Source of the DNA: Octopus bimaculoides
Taxonomy: Eukaryota
DNA length: 33,981 nt
Direction: 5' to 3'
Assembly (NCBI RefSeq): GCF_001194135.2
Contig: NC_068987.1
Location: 25,168,839-25,202,819, forward strand
Shown in pieces: positions 22,341 to 32,156 of this stretch. The notes under the pieces were generated by a model, which saw only the letters and a program-made list of their open reading frames with translations, did no database searches and was not told the origin of the DNA. A program made the translations under genes and the position numbers. The stretch's first letter is position 1; the number at the start of each line of letters is the position of its first letter.

Positions 22341-22396
22341 AAAGCTACTTGGAATCTCAAAACAACATTTCGACAAGTAATAGTACCAGAAGATTC

Positions 22397-22615
22397 AAGG
22401 CGGCGCGCTGGCAGAATCGTTAGCATGCCACGCAAAATACTTAGCGGCATTTCGTCCGTCCTTACGTTTTGAGTTCAAATTCCGCTGAGTTCGATTTTGC
22501 CCTTCATCCTTTCGGAGTCGATAAATCAAATACCAGTTGAGCACAGGGGTCGATCTAATCGACTTAACGACTCCCACGAACTTGCTAGCCTTGTGCCAAA
22601 ATCTGACACCAACAT
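22397..22615 (+). mobile_element. SINE family C with 13-bp TSD
   Basis: aaggcggcgcgctggcagaatcgttagc...gagttcaaattcc...gcccttcatcctttcggagtcgataaatcaaataccag...ggggtcgatctaatcgac. TSD taccagaagattc (22384-22396) and taccagatgattc (22616-22628). Confidence 0.9.
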
Positions 22616-22893
22616 TACCAGATGATTCGCACACAGAATATAAACTGAAAATAATTTAGAAAATTAAATTATGCATCTACCACCTCCGCCACCTTTTTCT
22701 TAGCTGCCATATCAATTTTCCACCACCAGTGAGGGACCTAAATTCCATTTTGAAGAGCTTTGGGCTAATTAAAACCCTGTTACTTTAACTTACCTTCATC
22801 CCCTCAATCCCAAACAATAATAACTGAAACTAACTCTCACTACAAAAGATTATTTTCCATATATTTATTTTCAAGTTAAAAAATACTATTTTA

Positions 22894-23052
22894 TGTGTGG
22901 TAAGAAGCTTGCTTCCAAACCACATAGTTCCGGGTTCAGTTCTACTGCGTGGCACCTTGGGCAAGCTTCTTCTACTATAGCTTCGGGCTGACCATAGCCT
23001 TGTGAGTGGATTTGGTAGACGGAAACTGAAAGAAGCCCGCCGTATATATCTA

Positions 23053-23083
<31 letters not shown>

Positions 23084-23722
23084 TGGCTGCCATGCTTGAT
23101 CACTAAATCGACAAGTTTTTTTAAATTCTTTCTCCGTTTATTTTCTCTTATTCCTTTCTGTTGAGGAGCGTAGGCTCGAAACGTAAAACACTTTCCCACT
23201 TTCTCAAGCGTCAAACTAATACACCTGCTTGTTGTTCATACACCTGTCTTCGTCTNNNNNNNNNNNNNNNNNNNNNNNNNNNNNNNNNNNNNNNNNNNNN
23301 NNNNNNNNNNNNNNNNNNNNNNNNNNNNNNNNNNNNNNNNNNNNNNNNNNNNNNNNNNNNNNNNNNNNNNNNNNNNNNNNNNNNNNNNNNNNNNNNNNNN
23401 NNNNNNNNNNNNNNNNNNNNNNNNNNNNNNNNNNNNNNNNNNNNNNNNNNNNNNNNNNNNNNNNNNNNNNNNNNNNNNNNNNNNNNNNNNNNNTGTGTAT
23501 ATATGTGTGAGTGCCTTTGTGTCTGTTTTTGTCCCATCCCACCGCTTGACAACCGGTGTTGGTGTGTTTACGTCCTCGTAACTTAGCCGTTCGGCAAAGA
23601 GACCAAGAGAATGAGTACCAGGCTTTAAAAAAGTACTAGGGTCGATTCATTCAACTAAGAATTCTACAAAACCGTGCCCCAGTATGGCCGCTGTCAAATG
23701 ACTGAAACAAGGAAACGATAAA
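22894..23722 (+). mobile_element. SINE family A: head 22894-23045 and tail 23494-23722, with internal (TA)n, a Penelope-like piece and gap 23256-23493
   Basis: Head and tail both align to 25750-26138 in the same orientation. Confidence 0.75.
23100..23255 (+). mobile_element. Penelope-like element terminal-repeat fragment with hammerhead-like motif
   Basis: cctttctgttgaggagcgtaggctcgaaacgtaaaa has the CTG.TGA-stem-GAAACGT architecture typical of PLE pseudo-LTRs. Confidence 0.55.
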
Positions 23723-23724
23723 AG

Positions 23725-23758
<34 letters not shown>

Positions 23759-24249
23759 GTGTGTGTGTGTTTGTGTGTATGTATGTATGCATGTATGTAT
23801 ATGTACGTAAAGCCATAAGCCTCCTATGTACCACAATCTAACACGCATATACACAAACAATATATCTTTCTGATAAGGTAAGATCATCAAAAATGTACTT
23901 CATTTTGTGAGAAATTAATATCATTCAATCTACGCATGTATGTGTGTGTATACATATGTGTGTGTGTGTATGTATCTATAATTATACATACACTCACACA
24001 CACACGTACTTACACACATAGATGATACTTTTAATCCAATGGCTGTGATAAGATCAGTCATACAAGAAAGAATTTAATATATTTTAGTATGCAGGGTATA
24101 TATATATATATATATATATATACTTTTGTCAAATATATATGAGCTCTATGACTGTAGCAGCGTTTTAAGTCTAACGGCTTTCTTCAGGGACAATTACATA
24201 CATAATGATTTTCTCCTGGGTCACATATTTGCCCCTGAAGAAAATCTTC

Positions 24250-24284
<35 letters not shown>

Positions 24285-24567
24285 NNNNNNNNNNNNNNNN
24301 NNNNNNNNNNNNNNNNNNNNNNNNNNNNNNNNNNNNNNNNNNNNNNNNNNNNNNNNNNNNNNNNNNNNNNNNNNNNNNNNNNNNNNNNNNNNNNNNNNNN
24401 NNNNNNNNNNNNNNNNNNNNNNNNNNNNNNNNNNNNNNNNNNNNNNNNNNNNNNNNNNNNNNNNNNNNNNNNNNNNNNNNNNNNNNNNNNNNNNNNNNNN
24501 NNNNNNNNNNNNNNNNNNNNNNNNNNNNNNNNNNNNNNNNNNNNNNNNNNNNNNNNNNNNNNNNNNN
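24285..24567. other. Assembly gap (N-run)
   Basis: N-run preceded by (TA)n. Confidence 1.
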
Positions 24568-24659
24568 CAGTCTCTCTCCCTCTCTACCCCTCAAACATAT
24601 AACTCAGATTGTCGTCAGATTACTCGACATAGAATGTTGAAACTGTACTTTTATTGTAC

Positions 24660-24666
24660 GTGTATT

Positions 24667-24719
<53 letters not shown>

Positions 24720-24745
24720 GTGTGTGTGTGCGTGCGTGTGTGAGT
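24660..24745. repeat. (TG)n microsatellite
   Basis: Direct reading. Confidence 0.97.
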
Positions 24746-25057
24746 GTGAAAGTATGTGTGAGTATTTGATATTTGTTAGTAAATGCATGTGACTAAATAT
24801 GAGTATGTTAGCAGTCATGTGTGTGTAAGTATCTACATATAATACGTCTGTCAATGTGTATAGGTACATATGTGTGAGTAAGAATGAAAATGTGCGTGTG
24901 GGTGTGTATGAGTAAGTGTGCCTGTATGTATTCATGTATAAGAATATGCATATCTGACATGCCTCTGAATGTGTGTAAGGATATATACGTACACATATAT
25001 ACTAATGTGCGTATGCATACGCATATTGCGTATACATGTCCGTGAATAAGTGTATAT

Positions 25058-25209
25058 ACTCTTATACTCTTTTACTTGTTTCAGTCATTTGACTGCGGCC
25101 ATGCTGGAGTACCGCCTTTAGTCGAGAAAATCGACCCCGCTAAGTTACGGGGACATAAACACACCAGCATCGGTTGTCAAGCGATGTTGGGGAGACAAAC
25201 ACAGACACA

Positions 25210-25293
<84 letters not shown>

Positions 25294-25450
25294 TACGACG
25301 GGCTTCTTTCAGTTTCCGTCTACCAAATCCACTCACATGGCTTTAGTCGGCTCGAGGCTATAGTAGAAGACACTTGCCCAAGGTGCCACGCAATGGGACT
25401 GAACCCAGAACCATGTGGTTCGTAAGCAAGCTACTTACCACACAGCCACT
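25058..25450 (-). mobile_element. SINE family A, young copy with about 55-bp internal deletion and internal (CA)n(TA)n
   Basis: Near-identical to the reverse complement of 25750-26138, except for the deletion at aatcgacccc|gctaagtt (about 25138). Confidence 0.95.
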
Positions 25451-25570
25451 ATATGTGTATATCTGTGTGTGGTTATTATGTATGTAGGGTGTGCATACAT
25501 AGAAGCATGCATATCTATGTTAGATAATAATACGTGGGCATAGGCCTCTATGTAAATCTACGTACCGTGT

Positions 25571-25743
25571 TGGTTTCAAATTTAGGCACTGGGTCAGCAG
25601 ATTTGGGGGTGGTGTAAGTCTAATTAGATCGACCCCAGTGCTCAACTGATACTTATCTTTTCGACCCTGGCGGCGTTTGAACTCAGGACGTAGAGATGGA
25701 CGAAATGCTGCTAAGCGTTTTGTCAGATGTACTAACGATTCTA
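25571..25743 (-). mobile_element. SINE family C, diverged copy
   Basis: gatcgaccccagtgctcaactgatacttat...tttgaactcaggacgtag...gacgaaatgctgctaagc...ctaacgattct is the reverse complement of family C. Confidence 0.85.
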
Positions 25744-25749
25744 CGTGTC

Positions 25750-26138
25750 AGGTGCAGGAGCGGCTATGTGGTAAGTAGCTTGCTTACCAACCACATGGTT
25801 CCGGGTTCAGTCCCACTGCGTGGCACCTTGGGCAAGTGTCTTCTACTATAGCCTCGGGCCGACCAAAGCCGTGTGAGTGGATTTGGTAGACGGAAACTGA
25901 AAGAAGCCCGTCGTATATGTGTGTTTGTGTGTCTGTGTTTGTCCCCCCCCCCAACATCACTTGACAACTGATGCTGGTGTGCTTACGTCCCCGTAACTAA
26001 GCGGTTCGGCAAAACAGACCGATAGAATAAGTACTAGGCTTACAAAGAATAAGTCCTGAGGTCGATTTGCTCGACTAAAGGCGGTGCTCCAGCGTGGCCG
26101 CAGTCAAATGACTGAAACAAGTAAAAGAGTAAAAGAGT
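25750..26138 (+). mobile_element. SINE family A, complete reference copy (tRNA-like head, CORE-like block, internal (GT) microsatellite, (TAAAAGAG)n tail)
   Basis: A-box-like ggctatgtggtaa, B-box ggttcagtccc, accttgggcaagt (CORE-like), tail gtaaaagagtaaaagagt. Possible 6-bp TSD gtgtca. Confidence 0.95.
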
Positions 26139-26198
26139 GTCATATTGATAGCTTTCACGTACCTGAGTACGTAAATACATGTATATGGACACAAGCAG

Positions 26199-26347
26199 AG
26201 CTGCGTGGTGAAGAGACTTACTTTGCAACCATAGCATCTCGTGTTCGATCGCATCGTGAAAACTCTTCGGCAACTGTTATCTCTTATAACTCTAAGATAG
26301 CAAATGTCATTTGAGCAAAATTAGGCTGGCAGAAACTATGCCGAGGC
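26199..26347 (+). mobile_element. Very old SINE family A-like head
   Basis: gctgcgtggtgaagagacttactttgcaacca...gtgttcgatc...ttcggcaactg...ggctggcagaaact aligns loosely along the family A head. Confidence 0.5.
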
Positions 26348-26800
26348 TTTGGTTACGCATACATACATACATACATACATACATACATACATACATGACC
26401 GAAGAAGACCATCACTGATCATTGCCCAGGCAAATTGTCAGAAATGTTTGTACATGAGGATATCGCATCTGCAGTCGGCATCACCCGAGCTCGCGCTTGC
26501 AATTTCCATGCTCTCGCGATGCCCTTCTACTCAACCAGGTAACGGTATCTCGCCTAGTCGGCGATCGTGCTACCTAAAATTTGAGGACCAACAAGGCTTG
26601 CGCAGTACCCACTCCACCCAAATGACATGATCCAGACACAAACCTGTGAATGGGACACCCCTCAACTCTTGTTATAGCATGTCTATATGAGAAGGTCGCT
26701 TTCATACAAAACCGGATATACATTTTGGGGATCTTTTGTTTGCGCTTTAGATCATGACACTCATCATTCTAGAGCTTGTGACCAGCATTAGCACATCAAA

Positions 26801-27142
26801 GAAAAAGAGGATATCTATGGACAACTGCTTCGAAACCTCCAGCTTCTATATCCAGACCATGAATTCATATTCATACCAATAATAATTGGAGCACTAAGTT
26901 TTGTTAATAAATGCTTAAAGAATCTGGATAAACTGGGATTTTCAGAAAGAGAAACTGACCGGCTGACTCGTACATTACAAGTCCAATCTGTGAGTGGAAC
27001 AGTAAAAATATGAAAGGCTTTTCTCAAGTACCAAATGTGAATTTGTGTGTGTTAACTACATCTCAAAGATGGAACCTTGTATGTTTGTTGGAAACCGACT
27101 CCCTCCTCAGTGGAAGATTTACAATAGTTTAAAAATAGAAGA
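26801..27142 (+). mobile_element. 5'-truncated RLE-type (R4/Dong-like) non-LTR retrotransposon, second family, (TACA)n tail
   Basis: 26801-27040 reads EKEDIYGQLLRNLQLLYPDHEFIFIPIIIGALSFVNKCLKNLDKLGFSERETDRLTRTLQVQSVSGTVKI*KAFLKYQM*. About 100-nt UTR, then (TACA)n at 27143-27162. Confidence 0.75.
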
Positions 27143-27235
27143 TACATACATACATACATACACACTGATATATATATGTATATGTAGTTCATAGAAAGGC
27201 GGTAACACTGTAAATGGGTGTAACTGACTAACGTA

Positions 27236-27325
27236 GTTCTGGGGCCCACGTGATCGACTAAGACCATTGAATACGATGCTCCAGCGTGGCTACAATCCAA
27301 TGACTGAAACGGGGAAAATAATAAA
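27236..27325 (+). mobile_element. SINE family A 3' fragment, diverged
   Basis: ctgggg...gatcgactaag...gatgctccagcgtggctacaatccaatgactgaaac. Confidence 0.6.
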
Positions 27326-27416
27326 AAAATTAAAGATTACCTATGTATGTGTACTTTGTGTGACTGTTAATATCTGTAAGGGTGTATTTAAGTGTATGTA
27401 TCTTCCTAGTTTATGA

Positions 27417-27459
<43 letters not shown>

Positions 27460-28089
27460 ACATAGACATGTATGTGTACAAGTTATGTATGAGAGTGTAT
27501 ATTTGTGTAGGCGTGTATAAATAATGTTTTCTGACGGATGTGAAAATAGGTGTTAATTATGAGCTGCGTATGTGCTTATAGAACTGTTTATATCTGTGTA
27601 TGAGAACGTATTGCGGGTATTGCGTGTACACACAGACCTGCACACGCACTCACACATACACACATACACATGCACACACATACTCATACACATAGACGCA
27701 CACACACACACACACACAGTCATACACACACTCATACACACACACTAACACACATAAATAAGGTGGGTCTGTGAGGATTGAATAGTGGGTGGACAAAGAG
27801 GTATTTTAATAAAATGTAGACGGTTTCCAACACTATAAACTTGTTAATCATCTTTATAGAAGAAGAATTATATAGGCATAAAATCTATTTTGCCATTTCA
27901 TTAATAAAGAGGAGGGACGGCTAAATAAATATAGGTGGGTGGCTGGTTTTTGTCATCTTCAGAATCACTGTGTTATGTATGCTATTGTTGTTATTTAACA
28001 TCAGGTCATCATTAACTGGATAGGTCTATAATCAAAAGGATTCTAGTCTTGACTGTGATGTCCTTTATACACAGACTGTATCTGAGACG

Positions 28090-28467
28090 GTGGAGGCGCA
28101 ATGGCCCAGTGGTTAGGGCAGCGGACTCGCGGTCATAGGATCGCGGTCATAGGATCGCGGTTTCGATTCCCAGACCGGGCGTTGTGAGTGTTTATTGAGC
28201 GAAAACACCTAAAGCTCCACGAGGCTCCGGCAGGGGATGGTGGCGAACCATGCTGTACTCTTTCACCACAACTTTCTCTCACTCTTACTTCCTGTTTCTG
28301 TTGTGCCTGTAATTCAGAGGGCCCAAGCTGAATATCCCCGAGAACTACGCTAAGGGTACACGTGTCTGTGGAGTCCTCAGCCACTTGCACGTTCATTTCA
28401 CGAGCAGGCTGTTCCGTTGATCGGATCAACTGGAACCCTCGACGTCGTAAGCGACGGAATTCCAACA
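28090..28467 (+). mobile_element. SINE family B with perfect 13-bp TSD
   Basis: TSD tgtatctgagacg at 28077-28089 and 28468-28480. 14-bp tandem duplication in the head (28127-28154) and a short internal deletion near 28325. Confidence 0.97.
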
Positions 28468-28768
28468 TGTATCTGAGACGATATTCATTCATTATTCAAT
28501 GTTTACTACTTTTAGGGTGTGATATGGGGGAGGGGGACTTAGTTGGTATGTCGTGCAGGTTTAGAGATAACGTTGAGATAAGTATTGCAAAATCACAATA
28601 TTAGTGTGTTTTTGAGCAATATGTTTGAGAACGTGTGTAAAAATTGTTTGCATGCGTATATCCATGCAGTACAATTCAACAAGTTTAGAATAGTTGGTTT
28701 TTACGTGGTCTGTCGGACGTGGTCATGATGAAGTACTCTTTAAGCACTATATGTATTTGCTATTTTGT

Positions 28769-28770
<2 letters not shown>

Positions 28771-28819
<49 letters not shown>

Positions 28820-28833
28820 GTGTGTGTGTGTGT
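28771..28833. repeat. (TG)n microsatellite
   Basis: Direct reading. Confidence 0.97.
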
Positions 28834-29741
28834 GACATTGGCTACTTTACCATTACTTGAAGCTGCTCGCTGGATAAACATTCAGCATACGGTATATCAT
28901 CAAAGAATATGTGAAAATGCTGATAGAATTATCGTCCATGTTCTGTATCGCAAGTTAGTGTGCTGTAAACTTTAAGTTGGGCCTGTCTGTGTACACCCCG
29001 GTTCCTTTTTGCGGTTATGGTTTGTGAACGAGAATTTGTTTTCGTGGTGGCATATAAACAATATCTCAGTTCTTTTATTTGAATATCGATTCGATTGGTT
29101 ATCATGTGGAATATTTTTGTAGTGCATAGTTGGCATTGCTTCTTTTGTCCATTTATGTATGGTGCACTAAATGCACACATTTAAGGTGCTCACATTTATG
29201 CACTCAATGAATAAGCAATTGATATTTAAGTGGTCACCATATCAGTATTTTAGGTAAGTATAATACATATATAGAAAAGGCTCCAGTGTTCTTTCCACTT
29301 CCCTGAACATGAACATATGGTTGAGTAAAGCTTTTAAAGCTGCTTCCACTCATATTGTTACAAAGTTTGTTTCTCTGCTACGCGCCAACGGCGTTACGTT
29401 TCCCCCATCTGCAATTGTTTTCGTTAAGCATTTCTCATTAAGGAGGTATGTCTTCTTTAAGTTACAAATACACTCGATTTCCTGGATGTCTTTTGTTGAT
29501 TGGTCCTTTAAAAATAACTCACCATTAAACAGTCGACATTTTTCGTACAGCTGTAAGTTATTTCGGCGGTGTTTTGTTAAAAATTTGTGGTACTTACCGA
29601 TACTTATGATGTTGATATATTAAGGCTAAGAAATTCTCCACTTCTTCTGATCCCAAAGTCATATACATTGGGTCAATTCAATCGACTAACACCTTCCTTA
29701 AAAGTCGTGAATTTATGCTAATATAAGAAATCATCCTCCTC

Positions 29742-29778
29742 ATCATCATCATCGACATCACCATCATCATCATCATCG

Positions 29779-29837
<59 letters not shown>
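29742..29837. repeat. (CAT)n microsatellite
   Basis: Direct reading. Confidence 0.97.
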
Positions 29838-29851
29838 GTTATTTTATTAGT

Positions 29852-30061
29852 AAGATGGCAGACCTGACAGAGCCGTTATCACGCCAGACAAAATGCCTGG
29901 CAGATTTCTTCTGGGTTTACGTTGTGACTTCAAATTCTGCCGAGGTCGACTTAGTTTTTCATTCTTTCGGGGTCTATAAAATAAGAACCGGTCGGGTACT
30001 GGGGTAGATGTAATCGACTAGCCCCCTCTCCCAAAATTTCAGACCTTGTGGCTATCGTAGA
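29852..30061 (+). mobile_element. SINE family C
   Basis: aagatggcagacctgacagagccgtta...ttcaaattctgccgaggtcgactt...ttcattctttcggggtctataaaataag...tactggggtagatgtaatcgactagcc. Followed by gap 30062-30144. Confidence 0.85.
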
Positions 30062-30341
30062 NNNNNNNNNNNNNNNNNNNNNNNNNNNNNNNNNNNNNNN
30101 NNNNNNNNNNNNNNNNNNNNNNNNNNNNNNNNNNNNNNNNNNNNAAATCCTGTCATTTAATCAAAAATGTACTTTTAGATATAATCGGAATAAACTTACA
30201 AGGTATTACTTATTTACCTTCTTTTAATATAATTGAAAGATATGATGTGCTTTCTAGGTTAAAGAAATACAAAATTAATTAAAAAGATAAAACTTATATA
30301 TGTATGTGTGTGTGTGTATGTATGTATGTATATATACACAC

Positions 30342-30726
30342 GTGGAGGTGCAATGGCCCAGTGGTTAGGGCAGCGGACTCGTGGTTGTAGGATCGTGGTT
30401 TCGATTCCCAGACCGGGCGTTGTGAGTGTTTATTGAGCGAAAACACCAAATGTTCCACAAGGTTCTGGCAGGGGATGGTGGCGAACCCTGCTGTACTCTT
30501 TCGCCACAGCTTTCTCTCACTCTTACTTCCTGTTTCTGTTGTGCCTGTAATTCAAAGGGCCAGCCTTGTCACACTCTGTGTCACGCTGAATATCCCCGAG
30601 AACTACGTTAAGGGTACACGTGTCTGTGGAATACTCCGCCACTTGCATGTTAATTTCACGAGCAGGCTGTTCCGTTGATCGGATCAACTGGAACCCTCGA
30701 CGTCGTAACCGACGGAGTGCCAACCA
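30342..30726 (+). mobile_element. SINE family B
   Basis: gtggaggtgcaatggcccagtggttagggcagcgg...ggaaccctcgacgtcgtaaccgacggagtgccaac. Confidence 0.95.
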
Positions 30727-30855
30727 CATTTATACATGCACACACAGATACACATACATACATACATACATACATATACTTATTGTTATATTTTGAGACC
30801 TTTTCTGTTTTGCCAAATAAACACACGCACCGTAGATTCGTTCTTCATCTCAGAT

Positions 30856-31298
30856 TTATCACTGTTCTTATTTTGTGTCCTTCGTCTGGAAATATTTCGT
30901 CACACATCTTGTGACCTCTTCAGCGACTCCTCATCCCACATGTCTTCTGTTCTATTTAATTCATTCTGTCGTTCTATGGTATGTATCCTTATTTGGGCAT
31001 GTGTTTGCGTCTGTATTTGTGTACGCTCGTCTGTGTATGCATACATACTTACACACACGCCTGCACACACACACACACAAACACACACACATTCACAAAC
31101 ATCACACACACACACTCATATTCAAACACAGATACAGGCGGAAACGCATGCGCAGATAAAGATACACACCATAGAACGGTAGTATGGACTTAACAGAGCA
31201 GGAGACACGTGAAATGGAGAGTCGCTGAAGAGGTCACAGGACGTGTGACGAAGGTCTTCCAGACAAAGGACCTGACAACAATAATAAGAACAATAATA
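30856..31298. repeat. Two copies of a ~170-bp element in inverted (head-to-head) orientation around a (CA)-rich spacer
   Basis: The reverse complement of 30856-31024 aligns to 31122-31298 (shared gagtcgctgaagaggtcaca.ga.gtgtgacgaa, ccatagaacg, ttccagac.aaggac, aataagaaca). Confidence 0.9.
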
Positions 31299-31505
31299 NN
31301 NNNNNNNNNNNNNNNNNNNNNNNNNNNNNNNNNNNNNNNNNNNNNNNNNNNNNNNNNNNNNNNNNNNNNNNNNNNNNNNNNNNNNNNNNNNNNNNNNNNN
31401 NNNNNNNNNNNNNNNNNNNNNNNNNNNNNNNNNNNNNNNNNNNNNNNNNNNNNNNNNNNNNNNNNNNNNNNNNNNNNNNNNNNNNNNNNNNNNNNNNNNN
31501 NNNNN

Positions 31506-31731
31506 ATATATGTATGTGTGTGTATATGTCTGTGTGTCTGTGTTTGTCCTCCCAACATCGCTTGACAACCGATTGTGGTGTGTTTACGTCCCCGTAACTT
31601 AGCAGTTCGGCAAAAGAGACTGATAGAATAAGTACTGAGCATCAAAAGAATAAGTCCTGGTGTCGATTTGCTCGACTAAAGGCGGTGCTCCAGCATGGCC
31701 GCAGTTAAATGACTGAAACAACTAAAAGAGT
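31506..31731 (+). mobile_element. SINE family A, 3' half after gap 31299-31505
   Basis: caacatcgcttgacaaccg...gtcgatttgctcgactaaaggcggtgctccagcatggccgcag...gactgaaacaactaaaagagt. Confidence 0.9.
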
Positions 31732-31837
31732 ATCCCAAAATATCACGGTATCTGTTTCAACACATAATTTCATATTAGGAACCTTACAAAACAAATACAT
31801 AAACATAGAGATATATATATACATATGTAAACAATAA

Positions 31838-32156
31838 GGGTGTGGTTGTGATTCATTTAAAAACCACACATCAATAAAAGGAAATTTCGCCAGTAATTCA
31901 TTGAGATATGCTCGTTCATTTCTCTTTTCGCTCATTCTCTTATATTATTAGACCAGGAAATTCCCACAAACATCTATAGTTACTACGTCATGCTAAAGAG
32001 AAGGCCCCCCTTTGATCCTTTGTCTACAAGAAATAGTAGCCAAATGCGTTTGCTCGTTGGAAAGTCGATGGAAGCTATATCATAACACACACACACACGC
32101 ACACATATATGTATATGTATATACTTATATGTATGTAATATAATTTTTCTGAATCT
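31838..32156 (+). repeat. Copy 1 of an exact 319-bp direct repeat
   Basis: Identical by eye to 33663-33981, offset 1825 bp. Confidence 0.95.

Noticed and set aside
12413-30420. tRNA genes suggested by A/B boxes (12413, 20782, 28090, 30342 and others)
   Set aside because: Each continues into a shared ~300-bp body and tail, several have TSDs, and no proper acceptor stem or terminator is present. They are SINE heads.
6228-31645. Long ORFs full of X, YIYI, HTHT or CVCV in the ORF track
   Set aside because: Artefacts of N-gaps and dinucleotide microsatellites, which lack stop codons in several frames.
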